Assembly (NCBI GenBank): GCA_017994425.1
Contig: JAGOKS010000002.1
Span: 3,060 to 67,059 of the forward strand
Direction of reading: 5' to 3'
Origin: Bacteroidales bacterium
GTDB lineage: Bacteria; Bacteroidota; Bacteroidia; Bacteroidales; WCHB1-69
DNA length: 64,000 nt
Of this stretch, positions 38,202 through 47,346 are shown piece by piece. Numbering within the stretch: position 1 is the stretch's first letter; every line of letters starts with the position of its first letter. Under the pieces are notes generated by a model. The model was not told the origin of the DNA. It worked only from the letters and a program-made list of their open reading frames with translations, and did not search any database. The position numbers and the translations under genes were made by a program.

Positions 38202-38996
38202 TTAAAGATTTAACTTTTTCTTTAAAATCTTATACCCTGTAATACTGATTCTGATACGTTCTTTTGTTATTAGTATAACAGATTGATGTTGTTCGCTTTT
38301 TTCAATACGACTTATTGCACGTAGCGCCACAATATACGAACGATGTATACGTATAAACATGTCTTCAGGCAAATGCTCTTCAAAATATTTCATGGTTTGT
38401 TCTTTCAACCACCTTCCTCTGGATGTAACAATAGCAACATAATCACCTTCCGCTTGTAAATAAATAATTTCATCGATGGTTATAATGATTATTTTTTGTC
38501 CGTTACGAACACTGATTCTTTCCAAAACATCTTTTTTAGAACTAAAATTATTTGTTGTCGTTTCAGATAGAATAGGTGATATTTTTTCTTGATTAATTGA
38601 ATTATAATAAAAAATAAAAAACATATACAATAAACAAATGATATAAATACGTATTAGTAAGGTTTGTATAAAGATTGCAAAATAAGGATTAACAAATAAA
38701 TAGAAAATCAGACTTTCTATCCCTAAAATACCCCCAATAAATATAATACCAAAAATTATTTTTAAAATAATTTGTATTGGCTTGTATCTACTATCCAAAT
38801 TGCCATAACGCAAGACATTCCAAATAATCAAACCTTGGCAAAAAGACAATAGTCCGAAAAGAAAAGCATCCGTTAAAATAAAAAATAAAGGAGAAGAAAA
38901 AACAAAACCCAAACTATAAGCATAAGTCAAAGCTATAATAAAAGAAATTATTAAATATTTCCAATATCCGAGCTTTGACCTAATTAAATTACTCAT
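38202..38996 (-). CDS. Membrane-anchored LytTR-domain DNA-binding protein (no receiver domain)
   Basis: About 4 N-terminal TMs, then a LytTR domain (ISVRNGQKIIIITIDEIIYLQAEGDYVAIVT...FIRIHRSYIVALRAISRIE). Confidence 0.8.
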   Translation of the reverse strand: MSNLIRSKLGYWKYLIISFIIALTYAYSLGFVFSSPLFFILTDAFLFGLLSFCQGLIIWNVLRYGNLDSRYKPIQIILKIIFGIIFIGGILGIESLIFYLFVNPYFAIFIQTLLIRIYIICLLYMFFIFYYNSINQEKISPILSETTTNNFSSKKDVLERISVRNGQKIIIITIDEIIYLQAEGDYVAIVTSRGRWLKEQTMKYFEEHLPEDMFIRIHRSYIVALRAISRIEKSEQHQSVILITKERIRISITGYKILKKKLNL

Positions 38997-39003
38997 AGAT
39001 TTA

Positions 39004-39765
39004 TTATTTTATTTCACATCCTGCGAAAGAACAACGGATATATATTAGCAATTCTCTACTCATATCAATGGGTTTTCGACTGCTTAAACGTTTATCTGAA
39101 ATACCTCCGAATGACATTTGTTTTTCAACTCTGATATTCCATTCTTCGGGAATTATAAGATTAATACCTGCAAAATGACAGTCAATACGTAATTCTGTAA
39201 CACCTTCTTTCAAAGACGTACGACGCAAATCCAACGTTACTTCACCAAAGGAAACATCAATTTTACCTCCTTTAAATTCAGTATCCAACACCACTTCTTC
39301 GATTGCACTGAAAGAAGTTATTATATTTACTTGACCATCTACATTTTGGTTTAACTGTTTTCCCCAGTCATTCTGTGAACGATTGCGTTTGCAATTCCAT
39401 TTTTGGCGAATACGTGAAGGAAGAAATATAATAAAAACTCCAATGATAATAAAAAACATTGCCCAATAATATTGTTCAAAGTTTTTGAAAAAGAAAAAAT
39501 CCGGATAGATATAACCTATCTTAGGCAATAAGAAATACATACTGAAAAAGAAAGCTACAAATCCACCAAAAAAATGCTTTTTGATCATTAATATAAGACC
39601 TACAACCACTCCTAGCATCGGCCATGAAATGATAATAGCCTTCCATTCAAGCATTAAAACTCCAGCATTAAATGCGAATAATAGTACTCCGACAGCTATT
39701 AATAGTATTCCAAATAATAAACCATCAACAAGATTTCGTTTTGTTTTAAAATTTTCGTTTTGCAT
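39004..39765 (-). CDS. LiaF-like (DUF2154, cell-wall-active-antibiotic response) membrane protein
   Basis: Multi-TM N-terminus plus a C-terminal LiaF-type beta-rich domain (VSFGEVTLDLRRT; DCHFAGINLIIPEEWNIRV; SFGGISD). I moved the start to the second Met (39765) because the predicted -7 box overlaps the track start at 39795. Confidence 0.65.
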   Translation of the reverse strand: MQNENFKTKRNLVDGLLFGILLIAVGVLLFAFNAGVLMLEWKAIIISWPMLGVVVGLILMIKKHFFGGFVAFFFSMYFLLPKIGYIYPDFFFFKNFEQYYWAMFFIIIGVFIIFLPSRIRQKWNCKRNRSQNDWGKQLNQNVDGQVNIITSFSAIEEVVLDTEFKGGKIDVSFGEVTLDLRRTSLKEGVTELRIDCHFAGINLIIPEEWNIRVEKQMSFGGISDKRLSSRKPIDMSRELLIYIRCSFAGCEIK

Positions 39766-39792
39766 GACATAAATATTTTTAAAGTTTTGCAG

Positions 39793-39800
39793 CAAAAGTA
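39793..39800 (-). promoter_or_regulatory. -7 promoter box (TACTTTTG on minus strand) for the LiaF-like/LytTR/lipoprotein operon
   Basis: The plus strand reads CAAAAGTA, 28 nt upstream of the ATG at 39765. Confidence 0.5.
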
Positions 39801-39980
39801 TCGCTTAAAAACAAGCATATACTGTATTAATCGATGAAATAACTATAAATTCCTGATGAAATCATATATTTAATAGGATAAACCTCGTATTTTATCCGAA
39901 ATACTTTTTATAATTACAAATTGATTTAACATTTATAAATGTTAAATTTATAATTTTTCTTTCTCTTAATAATTTTATTG

Positions 39981-41147
39981 TCATTTTAAAACACCTTGAT
40001 AAACGCGATAAAATTTGTTATTAATTATTTCTTTGTCATAACTATCAAGCACAAATTGCCTTAATGTATCAGGAGAAAACAAGGGAAATGAATCCATCAT
40101 ATTATTCATTCCATTAAAAAGAGCATCTTCATCGCCGGGAGGAATAATGATACCGCGACCTTCACCAAGCATTTTAGGAATAGCACCTGTACTCGTTGCT
40201 AAAACGGGTGTACCACAAGCCAAGGCTTCCATTACTACACAAGAAAAAGTTTCAAAATTGGAAAACATAACAAGAAAATCGGCTGTCTGATACCATTTTG
40301 CTAAGTCTTCCATACTTTTTTTTCCGTGAAAAATTACGCATTTCGATAAATTGTTTGCGTCAATATAAGGTTTATATTGCATCTTATCATAATCGTGTAT
40401 AATATGCATTTCAAAATCATTTCTGTTTTTATACAAGCGATTTATAACATGTAATATTCCGGAAAAATTCTTTTCTTCATCATTCAAAGAAGAAACATGT
40501 AATATTTGTATTTTTTCTTTTTTTGTGGGTTTTTTCAATGTAAATAAATTCAAATCAACTACATTTGGAATTACTTCAATTTGATTTTTCACTCCATAGG
40601 ATTGCATATTTTTTTTCAGTTCATCGCTAACAGCTGTTATCATAGCTGCTTGTTTGTTAATTTGCAATATTTTCTTTTTTATTCTACTGTCTTTTAATCG
40701 TCTGTCTTTGGATGAATATACAGACCAATGTTCACTTAAAACATAGGGTAAATTATATCGCCACTTCCAGTACATTGCCACTCTCCCAAGAGGTAGAGTA
40801 ACATGAAGATGTACTAAATCGGGAATAAAAATATTTTTTTTAATATATTGCAATCCAAAATTATACCCTTTAAAAAGACGATATTTATTAATCTTATTTA
40901 TCAAAGGATTAATCTTTGATTTACAAGCTTTCACAGTAATGACTACTTGAATAAAGTTATCAACAACTTCTTGCTTTATTTCTCTATTTTTCTTTATATT
41001 AGAATCTGAAATAACAATCAAAACAACGGAAGGATTCGTCATAGCAATCGCATTAACATGTCGTATACAAAAATTACCTTTTGTTGGGTCTTGAGGAGTA
41101 GGATACCAACTTAAAAGATGAAGAATATGAATAGATTTTTCTTTCAT
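39981..41147 (-). CDS. Glycosyltransferase family 4 (GT-B fold)
   Basis: 388 aa with the C-terminal GT1/GT4 motif FSCVVMEALACGTPVLATSTGAIPKML. Confidence 0.8.
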   Translation of the reverse strand: MKEKSIHILHLLSWYPTPQDPTKGNFCIRHVNAIAMTNPSVVLIVISDSNIKKNREIKQEVVDNFIQVVITVKACKSKINPLINKINKYRLFKGYNFGLQYIKKNIFIPDLVHLHVTLPLGRVAMYWKWRYNLPYVLSEHWSVYSSKDRRLKDSRIKKKILQINKQAAMITAVSDELKKNMQSYGVKNQIEVIPNVVDLNLFTLKKPTKKEKIQILHVSSLNDEEKNFSGILHVINRLYKNRNDFEMHIIHDYDKMQYKPYIDANNLSKCVIFHGKKSMEDLAKWYQTADFLVMFSNFETFSCVVMEALACGTPVLATSTGAIPKMLGEGRGIIIPPGDEDALFNGMNNMMDSFPLFSPDTLRQFVLDSYDKEIINNKFYRVYQGVLK

Positions 41148-41153
41148 ATTATG

Positions 41154-42770
41154 TTATTTTAAATCATAATCTTGATTATCTTCTAAAATTCTTTTTCTTT
41201 TAGTATTGTATTTAGCATTAAAAATGCTGCGATTTTCTTGCAAATATAGTGTTTTAATATCATTCATATCAATAACGGCATGAAACAAATCGTCTGTTAC
41301 GAAAGGCAAGTCTTTATTTTGATTTATAAATTTAGTTTTATTCGAATTATAATTGGCATATTGACTTGATAACCAAACAACAAATGGAATTTCGACATTT
41401 GATTTCGGTAGACTACCGTTAAAATTATGTCCTGCATCATTCAATTCATCATACACATTTTCTCCATGATCAGAAAGGAAAATAGCCGAATATAATGTAT
41501 TTGTGTCAATTATAGATTGTTGATAAAGTAATGTAAAAATACTATCTACAATAAAATCGGTATATATCATGGAATTATCGTACTCGTTTACAACGGTTGT
41601 TTTTTTCGAAGAATTATTAGTAAATATCTGAAAGTTTGGAGGATATCTTTTACTATATTTTGAATGATTTCCCATTAAATGCAAGACTATAAATTTATTA
41701 CTTTGTTTTTCAAATAATGCTTCCCGAAAAGGATTGATCAGTATTTCATCAAAAGAACTTTTTAATGTACTTTCAAACGAAGAATTCGCTTGAATATTTT
41801 TAAAAACAACTACGTTACTTGTTTGAGCTAAATTATAAACATCGTTATCCCAAATACCTATCGGTATTTGATTTGAAATCCAGTATGTTTGAAATCCAGC
41901 AGAATGAAAAACATCCATTAAACTGATACAATTTGTTTTATTTTGATCATTTTCTAAATTCATTGTTGTAAACATCATCCAAATTGATGAAAAAGTATTT
42001 GAATGGGAAGTAACTACATTATTATAAACAAAAATATCTTTGCGCTTTTCAAGTTTTGGGGTGGTTTCACGAGCATAGTTATATAACGACATATGGTTTC
42101 TACTACACGATTCTCCGAGAATCAACACAAACACATGATTTTTTTTGTTCGTGATTTCAACAGATACTTTTTTTACTTTTCGTTTTTTCAACGAATTAGT
42201 TACTCCCATTTCTTTAGTAAAATGGATGAAAGCTTCCGATGTTGCCGGTACTGCTTTTCTTAAAAATCGAACATGAACAATATTATCAATAAAATATATA
42301 CTAATGAATAAAAAAATTCCAAAGGTAAAATATTTATTTAGCATGTTATTTATTCCAAAAGGAAAATTTTTAATCGCATATACAAATAGAAAAAGATACG
42401 GAATTAGAAAAAGCAAGCGTAAACTTCCTTTTAATGACAGAAATTCTACTGTTTCCGATAAATTTGTATTTGCCAAAACAAACAAACTTGAAGCGGTAAT
42501 TTCTCCTTTTAATAGCAGCCAGTGCGAAAGATTAATAAATCCACCAATAAAAAAGAAAATGATAAGCAATTTATATAAAATCTTTTTTTTAAATAAATTA
42601 TAAGGAATCATTCCTATTGGAATCCAACAAGCTAATATTATTAATTCGTTCCATTCAACTTGTTGAAAATTAATATATACTCCTATTAGAGGGACATATA
42701 ATACCATCAATAGTAAACCTAAAGGATAATGGAATTGAAGGGAAAGTAATATTTTTTTCAAGCGTTTCAT
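41154..42770 (-). CDS. Phosphoethanolamine transferase (EptA-like, sulfatase superfamily)
   Basis: 5 N-terminal TMs plus a sulfatase-type domain (VLILGESCSRNHMSLYNYARETTPKL; LSDHGE). Confidence 0.75.
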   Translation of the reverse strand: MKRLKKILLSLQFHYPLGLLLMVLYVPLIGVYINFQQVEWNELIILACWIPIGMIPYNLFKKKILYKLLIIFFFIGGFINLSHWLLLKGEITASSLFVLANTNLSETVEFLSLKGSLRLLFLIPYLFLFVYAIKNFPFGINNMLNKYFTFGIFLFISIYFIDNIVHVRFLRKAVPATSEAFIHFTKEMGVTNSLKKRKVKKVSVEITNKKNHVFVLILGESCSRNHMSLYNYARETTPKLEKRKDIFVYNNVVTSHSNTFSSIWMMFTTMNLENDQNKTNCISLMDVFHSAGFQTYWISNQIPIGIWDNDVYNLAQTSNVVVFKNIQANSSFESTLKSSFDEILINPFREALFEKQSNKFIVLHLMGNHSKYSKRYPPNFQIFTNNSSKKTTVVNEYDNSMIYTDFIVDSIFTLLYQQSIIDTNTLYSAIFLSDHGENVYDELNDAGHNFNGSLPKSNVEIPFVVWLSSQYANYNSNKTKFINQNKDLPFVTDDLFHAVIDMNDIKTLYLQENRSIFNAKYNTKRKRILEDNQDYDLK

Positions 42771-42777
42771 AGAACAA

Positions 42778-44076
42778 TTATCGAGAACCGGATATTAATG
42801 TTTTCTTAATTTCGTTTAAAAGCAATTGAAAGTCGTTTTTCTTGATTTTAAAATCCTTTATTTTTAATTGGGTATCTTTCAAAAAACAAAAAAAAGTAAA
42901 TACAAAACTAACCGTATAAGAAAATGAAGTAATCGCTGCAATTGAAACAATTACTTTCATATAAGGCATTTCGGTAAACGTTTGTATAAACGACAAACCT
43001 AATCCTGCAGTAATAATCAAACCGATAACCGAAGCAATAGTATTGATTTTATATTTTCCAAATCCTGAAAAGTAATGAGATAAAATAATATTACAAGAAA
43101 GAATAATGATTCCAAATCCTAACGCGATAATTACCAGTTTTGATTCAACAAATTCTAGTCCAAATATCCATCCAATCCATTGACTTGGAATACATAATAA
43201 AATACTAGTAGATAATAATGCGAAAACAAAAGCCACCTTTAAAAAAGCTAAAGTCAATTTCTGAGCATAGACTTTATCTTTTTCACAGTTTGAAATTTTT
43301 GAATATTGCACCGTTGCCATGCTTTTAGGCAAAATCCATATTGCTTCCGAAAGTTTAGTGCCTAAATCAAATAATCCTAAAGGCTGTCTTCCAGAGCAAA
43401 ATTCTATAATATAATAACTTAATCGATAATTCAACAATTGTGCAAGATTTGCTATTTGAATAACAAAACCATAGATAATCATTTGTTTGAATAAAGAAAC
43501 AAGATTTTTAAATCCGGAAAATCGTAAATTCTTCCAAACTAATGAAATACTACTCAACCAAACCAGGGCATACGAAAACAAATAAGCATATATGTACGCT
43601 GAAACATTTTTTATTTTAAAGAAATATAGAAAAATCAACATCAAGCTCAATTGCAAAATAATTTGACAAAGAGCCAATATATTGTAAATTTTTATTTTTT
43701 CTTGCGATAAAATAACCAACGAATGTAGGTAATAAAAAGAGAAAAAAATTGAAGCACCTAATAATTGCCACAAAAATTCTTTTTCAATTAAATGAAAAAC
43801 AACCAGTAGAATAGATCCAGCTATATTTATCAGTAAATTAAAAACATAAGATAAAAAAATTAGCTGAAAATTGTCATTTCTCGGAAGCATATACACCAAA
43901 GAAGGTCCTCCGACAAAGGAGGTTAAATTTTGCAATATAGTAATTCCCAAAATAAAAAGACCTATCGTTCCTAATCCTTCCGATCCGAATTCATGAGAAT
44001 TAATGATAACAATACCAAACGCTATTAGTGTACAAAAAATTCTTGAGCCAAGGGTTCCTATTACTTTTCTAAACAT
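42778..44076 (-). CDS. Polysaccharide/O-antigen flippase (Wzx/MOP superfamily)
   Basis: 432 aa with about 12 TMs. Sits in a glycan-gene context. Confidence 0.65.
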   Translation of the reverse strand: MFRKVIGTLGSRIFCTLIAFGIVIINSHEFGSEGLGTIGLFILGITILQNLTSFVGGPSLVYMLPRNDNFQLIFLSYVFNLLINIAGSILLVVFHLIEKEFLWQLLGASIFFSFYYLHSLVILSQEKIKIYNILALCQIILQLSLMLIFLYFFKIKNVSAYIYAYLFSYALVWLSSISLVWKNLRFSGFKNLVSLFKQMIIYGFVIQIANLAQLLNYRLSYYIIEFCSGRQPLGLFDLGTKLSEAIWILPKSMATVQYSKISNCEKDKVYAQKLTLAFLKVAFVFALLSTSILLCIPSQWIGWIFGLEFVESKLVIIALGFGIIILSCNIILSHYFSGFGKYKINTIASVIGLIITAGLGLSFIQTFTEMPYMKVIVSIAAITSFSYTVSFVFTFFCFLKDTQLKIKDFKIKKNDFQLLLNEIKKTLISGSR

Positions 44077-44089
44077 TTAAAATTCATAT

Positions 44090-46879
44090 TTAATGAGCTT
44101 CTAACCAATTGCTTCCTGATTTCATGTCAATTTCCAAAGGTATTGTTATCGGCATTGCATTAATCATTCCTTGATATACAATGGATTTCATTTCTTCCAA
44201 TTCAGGTTTATATACATCAAAAACCAATTCATCATGAACTTGCAATACAAAAAAAGATTTTAACTTTCTGTTTTGTATTTCATTGTAAATGTTTATCATT
44301 GCCAATTTAATCATATCCGCAGCTGAACCTTGAATGGATGCATTTATGGCATTGCGTTCGGCTACTCCTCTAATAATTGAATTATTAGAATTAATATCTC
44401 TTAAATATCTACGGCGTTTCATCAAGGTTTCAACATAGCCATATTTTTTGGCATAGCTTTTTTGGCTTTCCATAAAATTTTTTACTTTTGGATATTTTTC
44501 AAAATACTGATCAATAATTTCTGCTGCTTCTTTACGCGAGATATTTAATCGTTCTGATAAACCGAAAGCAGAAATGCCGTATATAATACCAAAATTCACT
44601 GTTTTAGCATTTCTACGCATCTCACGTGTAACTTCATTTAAAGGCACGTCAAATATTTTTGATGCCGTTGCTGCGTGTATATCTTCTCCATTGCAAAAAG
44701 ATTCAAACATGCTTTCATCTCTACTCATAGCCGCCATTAAACGTAATTCTATTTGTGAATAATCGGCTGCTAAAAGGATATAGGAATCATTTGCAGGAAT
44801 AAAAGCTTTTCTGATTTCTCTTCCTTCCTCATTTCGAATGGGAATATTTTGTAAATTCGGATTGCTGGAACTTAATCTTCCTGTTGCAGTAACTGCCTGA
44901 TTAAATGATGTATGAACACGTCCTGTTAAGGGATGGACTAAAGAAGGTAAAGCTTCCGCATAGGTTGATTTTAACTTCATTAATCCTCTATATTTCAATA
45001 TCAAGGGAATAATAGGATGTTTATGTTCTAATTTTTGCAAAACTTCTTCGCCTGTTTGATATTGTTTAGATTTTGTAAGTTTTGCATTATCGATAATTTT
45101 TAATTTTTCAAACAAAATAATTCCCAATTGTTTAGGAGAAGATACATTGAAAGATTCTCCGGAAAATTCTATTATTTTATTTTCAATCGCATTTGCTTTT
45201 ATTTGCAATTTTTTTGCATAAGAATTTAAAAATTCATTATCAATTTTCATCCCCTTTTGTTCCATACTTGCTAAAACAGGAACCAATGGCATTTCAACTT
45301 TATTGAATAAGCTTTCACCTTCTTTTTCTTTTAATTGATTTTCAAAAAGATAATAAAGTTGCAAAGTGATATCAGCATCTTCGCACGCATAATCTTTAAC
45401 TTTCTCAATAGGAACTTGGGATAAGTTATTGTTTTTCGTATCATTCCCTAGTAAACTTTCATAATTAATGGTTTGATAATTAAGATAGCTTTTCGCTAAA
45501 AAATCCAAATTATGACGCATTTCAGAATCAATGATATAATGTGCCAACATCGTATCAAAACATTGACCACTTACTTCTACCTGAAAACGTTGCAGAACTT
45601 GCATGTCGAATTTCAGATTTTGTGCTATTTTTTGTATAGATGGATTTTCAAAAGCAGGTTTTAATAATTTCATCCAATGAAGCGTTTCTTCATAAGATGC
45701 GGGCATTGCAATATAATATGCTTTAAAAGGTTCGATAGCTATCGATATACCCAATAATCTTACTTGTAATACATCTAAACTATCTGTTTCTGTATCAAAA
45801 CAAAATAATGAAAACTTTTGTAATGTAAGTGAAAATTTTTCAAGTGCTTCATAAGAATTTATCAGTAGATAATCGTGTGTAGTTGTATGGATGGATGAAA
45901 AAGCTGAAATTTCACTTTGTGCAATTTGATGTTCTTCATTATTTGAAAATAAATTCGGCAAAATATGAGAATCTGTATGTTCTTTGTTTTTTGTATAATC
46001 CATATATATCCGTTGAGCAATATTTTTAAATTCGAGTTCTTCAAAAATTTGCTTCAGTTTATTCAAATTCGGGTTTTTTATTTCCAATGCTACTTCATTA
46101 TAATCGATAGGAACATCTAATAATATTGTTGCCAACATTTTAGAAGTTAAAGCTATTTCTTTACCCTCTTCAATTTTTTGACGAAGTTTTTCATTAGTAA
46201 TTTTATTTGCATTTTTAATAAGTGATTCTATAGAACCAAATTCTGCAATTAATTTTTTGGCTGTTACTTCACCTATTCCTTTAATTCCGGGAATATTATC
46301 TGACGCATCTCCCCACAATCCAAGAATATCGATTAATTGTTCGGGGTTTTGAATGTTATATTTTTCACATATTTCTTTGGTTCCCAAAATACTAATACTA
46401 TTTCCGAGATAGGCAGGTTTATACATAAATACTTTATCGGAAACCAATTGTCCGTAATCTTTATCTGAAGTAACCATGTAGACTGTAAAACCATTATTTT
46501 CGGCTTTTTTAGCCATAGTTCCAATGATATCATCGGCTTCATACCCGGCAAGTTCTATCAAAGGAATGTTAAATCCTTCAATAATACCACGAATATAAGG
46601 TAAACTTAATACAATATCTTCAGGAGTACTTTCTCTATTTGCCTTGTATTCTGGATAATCAATTTGTCTTAAAGTAGGTCCATAGGTATCAAACGCAACA
46701 GCAATATGGGTTAGATTTACTTTTCTTATGATTTCATATAATGAATTTGTAAATCCTAAAATAGCAGAAGTGTTTAATCCTTTAGAATTTATACGCGGAT
46801 TTTTATTTAAAGCATAATAAGCCCTATAAATCAAAGCCATTGCATCTATAAGGTATAAGTTTTTTTGAGAGTGCTCCAT
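44090..46879 (-). CDS. polA: DNA polymerase I
   Basis: 5'-nuclease N-terminus LIDAMALIYRAYYA, 3'-5' exo CFDTETDSL, and pol motifs A DYSQIELR, B RRNAKTVNFGIIYG and C QVHDEL. Confidence 0.97.
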   Translation of the reverse strand: MEHSQKNLYLIDAMALIYRAYYALNKNPRINSKGLNTSAILGFTNSLYEIIRKVNLTHIAVAFDTYGPTLRQIDYPEYKANRESTPEDIVLSLPYIRGIIEGFNIPLIELAGYEADDIIGTMAKKAENNGFTVYMVTSDKDYGQLVSDKVFMYKPAYLGNSISILGTKEICEKYNIQNPEQLIDILGLWGDASDNIPGIKGIGEVTAKKLIAEFGSIESLIKNANKITNEKLRQKIEEGKEIALTSKMLATILLDVPIDYNEVALEIKNPNLNKLKQIFEELEFKNIAQRIYMDYTKNKEHTDSHILPNLFSNNEEHQIAQSEISAFSSIHTTTHDYLLINSYEALEKFSLTLQKFSLFCFDTETDSLDVLQVRLLGISIAIEPFKAYYIAMPASYEETLHWMKLLKPAFENPSIQKIAQNLKFDMQVLQRFQVEVSGQCFDTMLAHYIIDSEMRHNLDFLAKSYLNYQTINYESLLGNDTKNNNLSQVPIEKVKDYACEDADITLQLYYLFENQLKEKEGESLFNKVEMPLVPVLASMEQKGMKIDNEFLNSYAKKLQIKANAIENKIIEFSGESFNVSSPKQLGIILFEKLKIIDNAKLTKSKQYQTGEEVLQKLEHKHPIIPLILKYRGLMKLKSTYAEALPSLVHPLTGRVHTSFNQAVTATGRLSSSNPNLQNIPIRNEEGREIRKAFIPANDSYILLAADYSQIELRLMAAMSRDESMFESFCNGEDIHAATASKIFDVPLNEVTREMRRNAKTVNFGIIYGISAFGLSERLNISRKEAAEIIDQYFEKYPKVKNFMESQKSYAKKYGYVETLMKRRRYLRDINSNNSIIRGVAERNAINASIQGSAADMIKLAMINIYNEIQNRKLKSFFVLQVHDELVFDVYKPELEEMKSIVYQGMINAMPITIPLEIDMKSGSNWLEAH

Positions 46880-46905
46880 GCAATTAAAAATATATATTGA
46901 ATATA

Positions 46906-46913
46906 CAAAAGTA
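46906..46913 (-). promoter_or_regulatory. -7 promoter box (TACTTTTG on minus strand) for polA
   Basis: The plus strand reads CAAAAGTA, 27 nt upstream of the polA start. Confidence 0.55.
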
Positions 46914-47286
46914 CACGTTTTTTTTCTTAGACCTAATAAATTTAAAAACTTATATCATTAAATAATTTAAAAAAAATTTTAATTATTGATAATTTTATGT
47001 TTTTGTATTTCTGTATATTATATCGTTAATAATCGTATGTTATTACATTTATTCAATTTGTATTATAAATATTTGTATATTCGAAGCCTAATAATTAAAA
47101 CTTAAATAAAATAAAATATCATTAACTATCAGCATTTTTTATTAAATTTGATTCTTTCTGAAAATACAAAAAACATAAATCATTTCAATTATTTATCTAA
47201 AAACGTCAATAAATTAAAAAATAATCATAATTTTACATTTTCATAAAACTACTTTTAAAATTATTATAAATTAAAATATCAGAAAA

Positions 47287-47346
47287 ATGAAAAAATTTTT
47301 ACTTTTTATCAGTTTTTTTGGATTTCTCAACGCAGGACTAAAATCT
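47287..47346 (+). other. Signal peptide of the giant protein
   Basis: MKKFLLFISFFGFLNAGLKS: basic N-terminus, hydrophobic core and small residues before the predicted cleavage site. Confidence 0.7.
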
